From positions 32,001-96,000 of the IMG/VR virus record IMGVR_UViG_3300026382_000010: a DNA stretch of 64,000 nucleotides. One strand, written 5' to 3'. Position 1 is the first letter of the stretch. The number at the start of each line of letters is the position of its first letter. Position numbers and translations under genes: made by a program. Shown one piece after another: positions 1 to 10,305 of this stretch. The stretch comes from a virus. The notes under the pieces were generated by a model, which did not search any database, had not been told where the DNA came from, and was given only the letters and a program-made list of their open reading frames with translations.

Positions 1-404
1 CAAATGCTTTAACTCAACTCTTTTCTCTGGCTTATAATACTATAATCGATTCACGGGTATATCAAGATAAAACGGCAAGTGCCTTTGTATTCTATCCCTA
101 TAGAATTTTTGAAGGAGATGATACATCAGCAATTGTTTATCATATAAAATGCGACTTGCTTAAAACTTTAATAGGGCTTTGTTTTCAAGGCTATTCATCT
201 GAGTATTTAACAATCCTAGTGCCAATTACAAAGAATTTAAACTATAAGATTTCAGTTTGTACTTTTACAAAATATAACCGAGAATATATAGTTGATATAC
301 AAGCGCTAATTTCCAAAGGATTTATTGTAGATCAAGTTTACGATGATTACAATAACCCATTTTATGTCAAAGTGATACCATATTTTGGAGTTCAAATTTC
401 ATGA
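1..404 (+). CDS. Hypothetical protein, 5'-truncated (frame open from window start)
   Basis: The frame of the 156..404 ORF has no stop back to position 3. Its stop overlaps the next ATG (ATGA), suggesting translational coupling. Confidence 0.7.
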   Translation, partial: NALTQLFSLAYNTIIDSRVYQDKTASAFVFYPYRIFEGDDTSAIVYHIKCDLLKTLIGLCFQGYSSEYLTILVPITKNLNYKISVCTFTKYNREYIVDIQALISKGFIVDQVYDDYNNPFYVKVIPYFGVQIS

Positions 405-2410
405 TTAGAAAGCTATCATTTCTCTATAAAGATTCTAACGGATATGAACTTGTTTCGATAGAAAGTGAAAAGCAGTTTGCATATACATTTTTCGATTCTA
501 ATGGTGAATACATTTTAAATCCCAATAAGACTTATATTGATACAAATAGTATTTCAGTAGAGTATCCCGATCGAATTACAGGTGACATTCAAGATGTAAC
601 GACAAAATATACTACGCACTTTTCAGAAAATGTATCCATTTACATTCCAAAATCTGGTATTCTAGATAGATGTAATCACGAACTCGAAAATTTCGATTAT
701 TTAGATAACTTAAGAGTATATGCACTCGATGTACAAGATTACGTAACATTTGAATTTGACTCAAATATTAAAATAGAAAACTTTATGTTTTACGTGCCTC
801 CCTCATATTTTTCAACAAAATTACGAAAGCAGCTTTATAGCAGTCCATATACATTTATCTACAATAAAACATTAAAGCGCGTATTTTTTGGGGCGTATCG
901 TCATTCAAATGTATTAATAACAACCCGTGATTTTGAGACAAATACTGAATACGAATTAGAAATACGCTCTACAGCAAACTATCCATATCGAATCAATGCG
1001 CATATTACGCGTCTATCTTATACTATGATTCCTAATATTTATGACACGGGTTATCAAATGTCTTACATTGGTCCTTGGATTCCTACATATGATTACCATG
1101 TTTTGTATACTACGGCCTATCAAGCAGGTTATATACCTGCAAAATTATGTGGAGTTACAACAGTTCCTCAGGAAGGTGTATGTCCTCCGCTTTCTACGCT
1201 TAGAAAGTATTTCTCATATCTACTGGTATACTTTTATGGAGAACTTTGGGGTACCTGGATAACCTATGGAATTCATTTTAATAATTATCAGTTACATTTG
1301 AATCCACGTGCAGGCTGGGCTTTCTATGATCCCGATGGTAATAAGTTAATTGGCGGCGGTACTTGTGGATATGATGATAACATTCGCGTGCAAATGGTTG
1401 TTGATGTATACAATGGAATTTTAGCGTTTAGAGTATGCGACGTTCATCGTCTTCATAATGCTTTAACTACTATGAGAGATACGTATACACTTGGAGCTCG
1501 TTTTAATCTAGATGACTTTAAAACATGGGATGGTTCCTTTTTTATTCTGCTAGATAGATCTTCATGTGTTTATGCATACGATGAAGCAATTTATTGGTTT
1601 TTATGGACTCCCGATATAAAACCAAAAGCGCGTTTTCGTGTAAATATAAAAACATGTAATATTCGAATTTATCCAAGTTTTATGATTTCAAACATACCGG
1701 ATTCTATCAGAGAATCCGGTTTAACTTATGATAACGGATCAAAAGTTTTTGATTCAAATTATAATCATCTAGGAAACATTGCTTACTCGTTTACGGACAC
1801 TGAAATTACTGCGTTTACTCACACGGATGTTGCATTAATAAAACCAGGTTCACTTTATACTGTAATTGTAGATTCAAGTTCAAGCTATACAATAAGTGCA
1901 GATTCTACGTCAATAACATGTCAAATTGATTCAAATACATATTCAATATCTTATTCAGAGAATTCACTGGTTAAATTTACATTTACGGGAAATAGCATAA
2001 CTATTTCGACATCAAATGATTCTATTGAAATTCCTGTAACGTATAGCAAAATTATCCGCACTGGTAAATTTATTTTATTTGCAAATTCCGATATTCCTCA
2101 GGAAGACTTAATACAAATTCAAGCATCTAGCTTATGGCACGAAATTCCGCATCCATTTATTCTCTACAATCTTGGAGTTTATAAGGATGCATGTGATAAA
2201 GGCAGTTATCAAAATTTTGAATTGGGCGATTATCTAGAATATGTAGTTGTTGAAAATAAAGACGTTTATATTTTAGCAGTTGCAAAAGTGTTTGGAGAAG
2301 AAAAAAATCGTATTATAGCAACCTATCGTAAACATAAGCCAGATTATAACGCATCTGTAGAACGTCCTCGTGAAACTTATCAAGTAAAACGTCTTGAAAT
2401 TGACGTTTAA
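401..2410 (+). CDS. Putative virion structural protein (beta-rich, 5 DSN motifs)
   Basis: 669-aa ORF rich in Tyr/Ser/Thr/Ile beta-strand-like segments. No family recognised. Confidence 0.55.
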   Translation: MIRKLSFLYKDSNGYELVSIESEKQFAYTFFDSNGEYILNPNKTYIDTNSISVEYPDRITGDIQDVTTKYTTHFSENVSIYIPKSGILDRCNHELENFDYLDNLRVYALDVQDYVTFEFDSNIKIENFMFYVPPSYFSTKLRKQLYSSPYTFIYNKTLKRVFFGAYRHSNVLITTRDFETNTEYELEIRSTANYPYRINAHITRLSYTMIPNIYDTGYQMSYIGPWIPTYDYHVLYTTAYQAGYIPAKLCGVTTVPQEGVCPPLSTLRKYFSYLLVYFYGELWGTWITYGIHFNNYQLHLNPRAGWAFYDPDGNKLIGGGTCGYDDNIRVQMVVDVYNGILAFRVCDVHRLHNALTTMRDTYTLGARFNLDDFKTWDGSFFILLDRSSCVYAYDEAIYWFLWTPDIKPKARFRVNIKTCNIRIYPSFMISNIPDSIRESGLTYDNGSKVFDSNYNHLGNIAYSFTDTEITAFTHTDVALIKPGSLYTVIVDSSSSYTISADSTSITCQIDSNTYSISYSENSLVKFTFTGNSITISTSNDSIEIPVTYSKIIRTGKFILFANSDIPQEDLIQIQASSLWHEIPHPFILYNLGVYKDACDKGSYQNFELGDYLEYVVVENKDVYILAVAKVFGEEKNRIIATYRKHKPDYNASVERPRETYQVKRLEIDV

Positions 2411-2424
2411 TTGGAGTTACGAAA

Positions 2425-2853
2425 ATGAGTATAAATGCTTTAATTAAGGCTTTACAAACTAAGTTATCAGAACAGCTCGAAACGTTACAAACAACGTACT
2501 CGGATATTTCACTTATTGATCAGATTGCGCAATATATACAAAATACCTCCAATTTTAAAATTGATACAGAAGGTCCTTACGTGTATATTGATGGAGAATT
2601 AGTTGCTACAAATCTAATTGTAGACTTCGATAAATTCAAGTTATTTTTCCGAAACAAAATAAATCTTATTCTGGCTACTTTTTCAAATCCTATAGGACAG
2701 TATCTGGAAACCAATGTTTATTATGATGATGACTCGTATTCAGAGTTATATTTGGGTTCATTTCAGAATCTACAACTTATTAAAACTATGAATACCTTTT
2801 CTGAACTCCAAAAGAAAATAAATGCAATTAAATTACTACAAGCGAGCGAGTAA
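2425..2853 (+). CDS. Hypothetical protein
   Basis: 142-aa ORF with GGAG RBS, followed by a terminator. Confidence 0.75.
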   Translation: MSINALIKALQTKLSEQLETLQTTYSDISLIDQIAQYIQNTSNFKIDTEGPYVYIDGELVATNLIVDFDKFKLFFRNKINLILATFSNPIGQYLETNVYYDDDSYSELYLGSFQNLQLIKTMNTFSELQKKINAIKLLQASE

Positions 2854-2854
2854 A

Positions 2855-2891
2855 AAAGGTTCCCGACCCTTTTATTGGGTCGGGAACCTTT
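2855..2891. terminator. Intrinsic terminator between convergent genes (probably bidirectional)
   Basis: 15-bp arms AAAGGTTCCCGACCC / GGGTCGGGAACCTTT with a 7-nt loop. A6 upstream gives a U-tract on the minus strand. Confidence 0.85.
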
Positions 2892-2899
2892 ATGTCTCG

Positions 2900-4471
2900 T
2901 TATACTACAATTTTTCCATCAATTGATACTCTACCTGGGCCAGTTATTGTTAGAGATACACTAGTGTCATTATCAGTGTTAGTATTTACTGTAATTGAGG
3001 TTACTTTATTACCAGAAGAATCTATAAAGTATGCATTATCTGATAAAATTGTAAGTTCAACGGGTTTTGCAAGACGATTTCCTTCTCCATCCCAAACGTT
3101 TACGTAAATATTTGTATCAATAGGTGTACCTTCCCAAATGTATTGATTGTTTGCAAATCTAATTTCTAGAGTTGTAGGAATGTTTGGTGCAATTAAGTAA
3201 ATTTGCTTGTCATTTGTAAGAGCCCATATTCTTCCAAATTCATCGAATCCAAGTTCTTGTAAATCTGGGAAAGTTTGTTGTGTTACGTAAGTATAACCAG
3301 ATGTTGTAGGATTATATTGAAACTCATAATAACCGCCAGAAGATATAAAAAATAGTTTGTCTCCTTTTATTGACGGTAGCGCATACTCAAAGAATGAGCT
3401 ACCAATATCTGTAAAGTTAGTTACGCTTTCAATACTTAAACTTTTAGGATCTGTTGCATCTATACTCATTACGATTGCAAATGGAGCAATTTGCGGACGG
3501 GTAGTTGTTGAAGAGTCTGCAGTCAATAGAAGTTTTCCATCTGATGTAAATGCAGTTACTAAATTAAAACGGATATTTGTTGGGAGAGCTCCGCCCATTT
3601 CAGCAATAAAATTAGTTTTTGGATTTATGTTACAAGGCTCAATTTGTAGTTGTTGAGTTAGATGATCGTAAGTTACATAAAGAATTTCTATTCCGCAGTT
3701 TCCGGAATCAGAAATTGAAGGAACTGCAACATATGCTTCAAATCCGTTTTCGGTTTCCCTGAAGGCACCAGGTGATGTTTCCCAGTAATAACTTGATGTT
3801 GAGTTTACTGTATAAGTTTGTAATGTTATTGTATTTGTAGTATTTCCGGGAACTCTCTGATATGTTCCGAAACGTAAATTATACTCATTAAAACGTACAT
3901 GCCACATCCAAAAATATACTACTGAATCCTCTTGACATAGGTTTCTTAAAAATTGAACTTTTCCTAATGCACCTCCGTAACCTAAAAGTGTTAATTCGCC
4001 GCCTTTTATGTATTCGTAAACATGAGCATTTCCATTAATATCAACGGAAATAAAATAAATATGAGAATCAGTTATGTACGTTTCAGTAACGATCGTGCCA
4101 TACGGATCTGCTAAGTATTCATATGAATATCTAGTACCTTGACGAGAAATTCGAGTAATATATCCTGCAAGATGCCAGTAAACATTTGGATCCAAATTAT
4201 CCTGAATTAGAGAAAATTTATTTGTAAGATATTTTGCCTCATATTGATAATGGCAAGGATGTAAAGGATGTCTATCTCCTCCTAAGTGTACAGCAATTGC
4301 TGTTTGTAATTCAAATCCCCCAGCGGCCATTTTAAGATAACCTAAATACTGCTGAGTTAAAGGTAATTTATCTAAAACCATATTTTTAAGTACCATAATA
4401 TCTGGGCCTTCTAATACCTTTACACCTACATTAGTCTCATATCTATCGTAACCATTTACCACTGGAATCAT
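2900..4471 (-). CDS. Putative virion protein: beta-propeller-like region plus C-terminal Ig-like (Big-1-like) domain
   Basis: Propeller-like blades (ELGFDEFGRIWALT). The C-terminus VNVWDGEGNRL...VSLTITGPGRVSIDG resembles bacterial Ig-like domains. GGAGG RBS on the minus strand. Confidence 0.5.
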   Translation of the reverse strand: MIPVVNGYDRYETNVGVKVLEGPDIMVLKNMVLDKLPLTQQYLGYLKMAAGGFELQTAIAVHLGGDRHPLHPCHYQYEAKYLTNKFSLIQDNLDPNVYWHLAGYITRISRQGTRYSYEYLADPYGTIVTETYITDSHIYFISVDINGNAHVYEYIKGGELTLLGYGGALGKVQFLRNLCQEDSVVYFWMWHVRFNEYNLRFGTYQRVPGNTTNTITLQTYTVNSTSSYYWETSPGAFRETENGFEAYVAVPSISDSGNCGIEILYVTYDHLTQQLQIEPCNINPKTNFIAEMGGALPTNIRFNLVTAFTSDGKLLLTADSSTTTRPQIAPFAIVMSIDATDPKSLSIESVTNFTDIGSSFFEYALPSIKGDKLFFISSGGYYEFQYNPTTSGYTYVTQQTFPDLQELGFDEFGRIWALTNDKQIYLIAPNIPTTLEIRFANNQYIWEGTPIDTNIYVNVWDGEGNRLAKPVELTILSDNAYFIDSSGNKVTSITVNTNTDNDTSVSLTITGPGRVSIDGKIVV

Positions 4472-4511
4472 TGAAGATAAGCCTCCTTTACATTAGTTTA
4501 TAACTACATCA

Positions 4512-5072
4512 TTAGAAATAACTTGAGTAATCCGGAGTTGCAGATTCAGTTAAACCATATGTAATTCTTAAGTCAAGTTGTAATTTTTCACCTTTTGCAT
4601 AAATTTCAAGGGCATCTATATTTACAAGCTGAAAAATTGCAGTAGTTTGTCCATTAATACTGTATTCAATTGTACTTAAGTTCGTCGGAATGTAATTGAT
4701 TTTGACAAAACCTTGTGTTGTTGCTAAATTCGATACAACTAAACTTGCTTCAACAATGTTGCTTTTATCTAAATGCGGAAAGTAGTACAAAATGGATTCA
4801 GGAATAACTAAATCAGGAAATCGGAATGCTAAGGTATAATCTGTAGCATCTTGAATAAGAGTACTCCACGTTACAGTTGTTGAGAACCGATAGATTACTG
4901 CTTTTCTACCTAAAATTTCATCGAGAGGTACCCATTTTTTAAGCTGGAAAACGTAGGCATAAGGTACCGAATCATCAGTATCAATCCAAATTGGATATTC
5001 ATAAGGATTACTTGGAGGTTCAGGTCCAAGCCAAATACTACGAATTATATCAATATGTTGATAACGAAGCAT
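4512..5072 (-). CDS. Putative tail-fibre-associated structural protein
   Basis: N-terminal IWLGPEPPSNP..PIWIDT motif typical of phage fibre proteins. AAGGAG RBS. Confidence 0.5.
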   Translation of the reverse strand: MLRYQHIDIIRSIWLGPEPPSNPYEYPIWIDTDDSVPYAYVFQLKKWVPLDEILGRKAVIYRFSTTVTWSTLIQDATDYTLAFRFPDLVIPESILYYFPHLDKSNIVEASLVVSNLATTQGFVKINYIPTNLSTIEYSINGQTTAIFQLVNIDALEIYAKGEKLQLDLRITYGLTESATPDYSSYF

Positions 5073-5151
5073 TGAAATACACTCCTTTTTCTAAACCTAA
5101 CATAGTTTTAGTTATAAAATGACTTACGGCAAAAGAAGGAAGATATAAACT

Positions 5152-6564
5152 ATGCTTACATATACTAGTTTAGCGAAACTTAAAAAGATAATAACCGATC
5201 CGAGATTTTTAAAAGAGATTGAAACTACAAGTTCGATTGCAGTATTTTTAACACTACTAAATATTGCAAGTTTATTTTTCAACAAGTTTTTTAAATCAAA
5301 GATACAGGCATTTGTTCAAGGATTCACAACTGCATTTGGAATTTACGCAACCTATCTAGATACCAGTTTAACTGATATTCTTATACAATACCTTGGGCAA
5401 AAAAATAAAGAAGTAAGTGACGAAAGGACTCTATATTATGAGTATTTAAAACGAATTGGACTTGTAGCAGTTGGATTACTAATTGCCTCTGTCTTAGCAA
5501 AGCTACTGTCTCGAAAAACAAGCGGAAAAGTTATTAAAGCAAATGTAGAAACAGTTGCACCTTCCGATGTATACTTTTTTGCAGGATTTTTTATCGGTGC
5601 ATTAGGATGCGTAGTTTTAACATTTACACTTAAATTAGATTACAAACGTATTATAAAACAGCTATATAAAGAAACCAATTTAATGGCTTTCTTTGTAGTT
5701 TTTTACTATTTGGGAGTCGCTCTCTATAGACGTTCACATGTATCTGATGAATTCGTAGAAACTGTTGAAAAAGTACTGTCTAAGGAACTACGAAGACTTC
5801 CAATTCGTCAAGTAAACCAAATTTATTCAAATAGTGTTTTATTGGTTACAGGTGCTAGATTTACATCTAAACTAGATTCTCTGAAATACGCGTCTACTAC
5901 AAAACCAACACTTCGTGTAAAACCTGATAAATCCGAATTCAAACAATTTGTAAATAAAGATATTTGGTTAATTTTGGAGCAACCTCTTGCTGCCTTCAAA
6001 CTATCAATTGCTGAAATCGTTAAATATGCTTTTTTAATAGCATATTACCTTGTTTTAAAACGTTACAAAACAAAGTATGATATTGAGCTTGCTATTGTAA
6101 AACAGTTTGAAGGAGCTGCTGTAAAGGCATCCTTTACAGGACATATGACGCTGTATATAGGCTATGAGTTTGTATCCAATTTGTATTATAAGAATGCAAG
6201 GTTAAAACATTTAGTTGCCGTAATCCTTCATGAACTAGGACACGTATTCAATTTACATTTAATTCAGCTTTCAATGACTGCTTTACTAAGTATCGCCCTA
6301 ATTGGAACCTATATAAATCATAAATCGGAAATTGCATTTGTTAACGGTTGCATATTTTGGATACAAGTAATGCAAATTATGCGTCGTCAAGAACAAGAGG
6401 CTGATGCATTTGTAGCAACTATTCATATTGAATTTTTAAATGCTTTACGTGAAGTTTTAGAAACTTATACGCGTAAATCTACTTTAAAAGACTGGTTACT
6501 TGTAGATCCTCACGATAGTAAACGGAGGGTATACGCGTTAATTGATTTTTTAAAATCTGTCTAA
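5152..6564 (+). CDS. Membrane zinc metalloprotease, M48 (HtpX/Ste24)-like
   Basis: Several hydrophobic TM segments. AVILHELGH (HExxH), EQEADAF (third ligand, ExxAD) and a C-terminal DPH..KRR resembling the M48 THP..R motif. Confidence 0.75.
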   Translation: MLTYTSLAKLKKIITDPRFLKEIETTSSIAVFLTLLNIASLFFNKFFKSKIQAFVQGFTTAFGIYATYLDTSLTDILIQYLGQKNKEVSDERTLYYEYLKRIGLVAVGLLIASVLAKLLSRKTSGKVIKANVETVAPSDVYFFAGFFIGALGCVVLTFTLKLDYKRIIKQLYKETNLMAFFVVFYYLGVALYRRSHVSDEFVETVEKVLSKELRRLPIRQVNQIYSNSVLLVTGARFTSKLDSLKYASTTKPTLRVKPDKSEFKQFVNKDIWLILEQPLAAFKLSIAEIVKYAFLIAYYLVLKRYKTKYDIELAIVKQFEGAAVKASFTGHMTLYIGYEFVSNLYYKNARLKHLVAVILHELGHVFNLHLIQLSMTALLSIALIGTYINHKSEIAFVNGCIFWIQVMQIMRRQEQEADAFVATIHIEFLNALREVLETYTRKSTLKDWLLVDPHDSKRRVYALIDFLKSV

Positions 6565-6612
6565 ATTAAATTTGAATAAATCCAAAAAATCATATAAAGG
6601 AGGAGTTTACCC

Positions 6613-7236
6613 ATGAAGGTATTGTTACGTCCCGGTTACGCCCACGAACTTGAAAAACTCTTACCCAACTTATGTAAATTTCTTTTAAAGGAGGACTACG
6701 TAAACTACACAATCAAAGACGATCAAGTAATTTGTAACGGTAAACCTATTGCAAAGTTAATTGAGCATCCACTAAGCGAATCAAGCGAAGTAAAACTTCT
6801 TTGGATTGACTCTACATTATTACGAAAAGCACTTGCACGTTCTGGTTTTATCATCGAAAAGGATTTAGTTGTAATCTTTCCATACAGAAAATACTACACA
6901 ATGCTTTATAGAGCATATTCTGATTTAGTTATAGGCGTAAGAAATACTGAAAAAGAGCATCCAAACTTTGTAGCAATTCCAAAGAGCCAAATAATAACTG
7001 TAAATTCCGGCGTTAGAAAGATTCCATTAGGAGATGGTCGTTATAAATACTTTACATTATATGAAGTCGTTACATTTAAAGAAACTTATGCGCATCCATT
7101 ACCAAAAATCACAATGTATCTTCAATATCAAATTGCAAAATTGATACTAGAATCTGATGCTCCAAATGAACTTGCAATACTTAACGAATTAATGTCTTCA
7201 TTTGGATCACTCGGCAATCTCAACTTATCTGAGTAA
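6613..7236 (+). CDS. Hypothetical protein
   Basis: 207-aa ORF with AGGAGG RBS. Confidence 0.8.
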   Translation: MKVLLRPGYAHELEKLLPNLCKFLLKEDYVNYTIKDDQVICNGKPIAKLIEHPLSESSEVKLLWIDSTLLRKALARSGFIIEKDLVVIFPYRKYYTMLYRAYSDLVIGVRNTEKEHPNFVAIPKSQIITVNSGVRKIPLGDGRYKYFTLYEVVTFKETYAHPLPKITMYLQYQIAKLILESDAPNELAILNELMSSFGSLGNLNLSE

Positions 7237-7278
7237 ATAAAAGATAGAAGTAAAATAAAAGAAGGAGGTTTTTAAACA

Positions 7279-7890
7279 ATGTTTGCCCACGAAAATAAAC
7301 TTCTCAGCGAAAAAGAAAAAGCTAAAATCAAAAAGAAACTCGAAAAAGAATTTGCAAAAATTTTAGAAATTCTAGGTTTTGATTGGCAAAACGATCCCAA
7401 TTTACAAGGTACTCCCAGAAGAATTGCCAAAATGTATGTTGAAGAATTACTTTCAGGTTGCTATACTGAACCGCCAAAAATAACTGTATTTCCAAATGAT
7501 AATCCAGACGAATTACTTATCGTAAGTCCTATCAAAGTAAAATCATTATGTAGTCATCATTTTGTACCATTTTATGGATATGCACATATTGCTGTAATTA
7601 CTGGCGATAAATTAATGGGACTTTCAAAATATGCACGTATCGTTGAATGGTTTGCAAGAAGGCCACAATTACAAGAAAATCTGACAAAGCAAATTGCAGA
7701 TTATATTCAAGAACTCATCAATCCAAAGGGTGTACTTGTAGTTTTAGAATGTAGACATCTATGCATGGGTGTTAGAGGAGTAAACGATGAACATGCGCGT
7801 TTCATAACTCAAGCAAAAACTGGAGTCTTCAGAGAGGACTACGGTTTAACTCAAAGAGTTTACGGAATGATGCATCTCAAAAAATTCTAA
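7279..7890 (+). CDS. folE: GTP cyclohydrolase I
   Basis: TPRRIAKMY, SLCSHHFVPFYG, GLSKYARIV, RRPQLQENLT and HLCMGVRGV motifs with the Zn ligands. Confidence 0.97.
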   Translation: MFAHENKLLSEKEKAKIKKKLEKEFAKILEILGFDWQNDPNLQGTPRRIAKMYVEELLSGCYTEPPKITVFPNDNPDELLIVSPIKVKSLCSHHFVPFYGYAHIAVITGDKLMGLSKYARIVEWFARRPQLQENLTKQIADYIQELINPKGVLVVLECRHLCMGVRGVNDEHARFITQAKTGVFREDYGLTQRVYGMMHLKKF

Positions 7891-7915
7891 ATAAAATCCT
7901 AGGAGGTTTCTAGCG

Positions 7916-8542
7916 ATGGTAAACATTTTTGAAATTCAAAATTCAACCAAAGGAAAAATCTGTCTTTATGCTAATGGTTACGGAAAACTTTCATGGCAAT
8001 TTATTCCAGTTTTAAATCCAGTTGCTCCAAATCAAATTCAAAAAGGAATGAAAGTATACAATTATGACAATTCGTACTTCTTTGCAACAGATTTATATGA
8101 AGCTACAGTAATAGCTTATACACTTGAAAAGTATTTACAAACTAGAGAATTTCCACAATTTGAAGAAAATCATATTAAATGCGATGGTAAACAATTATCC
8201 ATAGTACATTTCCCGGAAGGAAAAATGAGCGCATTAACATTTTTTATTCATTCAAATCACATCTACCTAGGCTATAGTTTATTTGCAAATAAACAAAAGC
8301 TATTTTCATTAAACCTTGCGCTTTCATATTTTAAAGTGCATACTCTTGTTAGAATCTTAAATCAAGCTCCAACATTAACAATGGTTTCTGAAGTATTCAA
8401 ACGTCAAAAATCACAAAGTAATAGCAATGGTAAAGCATCTAGAAACAACAACAATGTAAATCGAGCTTCAAATACTGCTCCATTTACTCCAAATAAAACA
8501 GTGGCTGCAGATGATATACAGCAGGTATTTGAATCTCTGTAA
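7916..8542 (+). CDS. Putative Whirly/PC4-like single-stranded DNA-binding protein
   Basis: Pattern KG K..LY..G.L.WQF.P...KVYNY.N..FF....E...I...IVHFP resembles the Whirly domain. An N/S-rich linker ends in the acidic-hydrophobic tail DDIQQVFESL. Confidence 0.4.
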   Translation: MVNIFEIQNSTKGKICLYANGYGKLSWQFIPVLNPVAPNQIQKGMKVYNYDNSYFFATDLYEATVIAYTLEKYLQTREFPQFEENHIKCDGKQLSIVHFPEGKMSALTFFIHSNHIYLGYSLFANKQKLFSLNLALSYFKVHTLVRILNQAPTLTMVSEVFKRQKSQSNSNGKASRNNNNVNRASNTAPFTPNKTVAADDIQQVFESL

Positions 8543-8578
8543 TACAACCTAGTATAAAAAGGACGAGGTGGTTTAAAG

Positions 8579-9193
8579 ATGTACATATATCTAAATGGTG
8601 CCTTTCATCACGTAACAACTGGAGCTCGTTCATCTGTATCTAATCCAACGATTCGCTCTATTTTAAACAAGATTATCCGTCATGTAGTTTCTAGAGATGG
8701 CTACATTAAAAAAGTAGTATTTTTGGGAAATGGAATAGAAATACAATTTTCTGATTTAGGAGCATTGGATTTGTATTCCTTAAAACAGGCACAAGCATTG
8801 TTTGGGGATCATGTTGATATTCAATTCAATGCATCTACAGGCGTTGTCAAAATCTTTTTAAAACCAGTTAAGCAAGATAATATAGAAAAACCTAAACAAA
8901 CTCCGGATGCAAATGAAGATACAAAAGCATCTGAAAATACTGAACCAGCAAATGAACAAGAACTCCCAGTTTATACATTTGAATTTACCAAGGATAAAAA
9001 AAGCATCAAAAATCCAGATATTGAAATTCCATGCATAATTACTGCAAAATTTGATCAAGAACTTTATAGCCACGTACTTGTTATATACAAAGATAAAAGT
9101 AGAGATGCTATTGCGGAACCAGATGGTACACTTAAAATTGAAAAACCTGTTAAGAAATTAGTTGCAGTTAGCAATAAGAAGAAAAAAGACTAA
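8579..9193 (+). CDS. Hypothetical two-domain protein with a charged linker
   Basis: 204-aa ORF with GAGGTGG RBS, followed by a terminator. Confidence 0.75.
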   Translation: MYIYLNGAFHHVTTGARSSVSNPTIRSILNKIIRHVVSRDGYIKKVVFLGNGIEIQFSDLGALDLYSLKQAQALFGDHVDIQFNASTGVVKIFLKPVKQDNIEKPKQTPDANEDTKASENTEPANEQELPVYTFEFTKDKKSIKNPDIEIPCIITAKFDQELYSHVLVIYKDKSRDAIAEPDGTLKIEKPVKKLVAVSNKKKKD

Positions 9194-9194
9194 G

Positions 9195-9228
9195 GATACG
9201 GGAGCATTATGCTCCCGTATCTATTTTT
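9195..9228 (+). terminator. Intrinsic terminator / near-perfect palindrome
   Basis: GATACGGGAGCAT-T-ATGCTCCCGTATC (13-bp arms, 1-nt centre) followed by TATTTTT. Confidence 0.8.
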
Positions 9229-9266
9229 GCTCGTACTTTAAATTCAGTATCAGAAAGGAGAACTAA

Positions 9267-10277
9267 ATGATTAAATTCATACTGCTTCCCAAACAAAAAG
9301 AGCTTGAAACGATTGAGGGTAAAACTTTTGATTACGTATTTATTGACTTAAAAAATGCTTTGCCTATGATATTTGATGAAAAAATTGCCATGCATATTCT
9401 TGAAAATCCCATGTATGCATTTAGTGAATTTCTAGCAACTATTTTGAATGCTATGTTTTATTTACGCTCGCACATCAAATTTGGTTCACTGATATTTTTT
9501 TGCGAAACCGGACAAAGTGTTTACCATAAAAAATATTTAAAGACGTATAAATCTAATCGGTATCAATCATGGGTTCTTCTAAAAGAAAACGAAAAACAAA
9601 GTTATCTAAAGGTATTACAAAATATTTTCGAAGCACTCGTAAAGTTTTTGAATCGTATACCAAACACTTACGCATTTATGCTTCGGTATTTTGAAGCAGA
9701 TTTTATTCCGCATTTTATCGTAAATAAACAAAACACATGTAATGCACTTATCTTATCAAACGATAAAGATTTGCTACAATGTGTAAATGAAAACACTTGG
9801 GTTTATCGTAAAGTTTCATCAAAATTTATTACTCGTATTCAAGATGCTCATAAAGAACTTTTACCTGACGTTACCTATGATAAAACAAACTTAATTGCTG
9901 AAATTTTATCTATTCTCGGAGATAGTAGCGATGGCATTCCTGGTGTTAAAGGAATTGGGCCTAAAACGTTAACGCATCTTATAGATATACTTCAACCCGA
10001 AAATTTAAACGATTTCTTTCAAAAAGCACCAAATACTACCAATAAGCGTATTTTAAATGCATATAAAAAACTAATTGCAAACGAGTCGATAATTAGACGT
10101 AACTACAAATTGATTGCTTTTTCTGAAATTGAAAAAAATCTACCAGTTTCAATATTAGATGAAATTGATAGTATTTTTGCAACTCAAAAGTATCCACTGA
10201 CAAAAATACAAACATTGCTTTCAAAATTTGGGATTTCTACTGATTTACCTATGTTGGAAAAACTAGTTGAATCATAG
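9267..10277 (+). CDS. 5'-3' exonuclease / flap endonuclease (T4 RNase H / Pol I N-terminal domain-like)
   Basis: YKSNR, FEAD, SNDKDLLQ and the H3TH motif GDSSDGIPGVKGIGPKT. Confidence 0.93.
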   Translation: MIKFILLPKQKELETIEGKTFDYVFIDLKNALPMIFDEKIAMHILENPMYAFSEFLATILNAMFYLRSHIKFGSLIFFCETGQSVYHKKYLKTYKSNRYQSWVLLKENEKQSYLKVLQNIFEALVKFLNRIPNTYAFMLRYFEADFIPHFIVNKQNTCNALILSNDKDLLQCVNENTWVYRKVSSKFITRIQDAHKELLPDVTYDKTNLIAEILSILGDSSDGIPGVKGIGPKTLTHLIDILQPENLNDFFQKAPNTTNKRILNAYKKLIANESIIRRNYKLIAFSEIEKNLPVSILDEIDSIFATQKYPLTKIQTLLSKFGISTDLPMLEKLVES

Positions 10278-10305
10278 AAAAAAATAAGTAAAACAGGGAG
10301 CTTCA

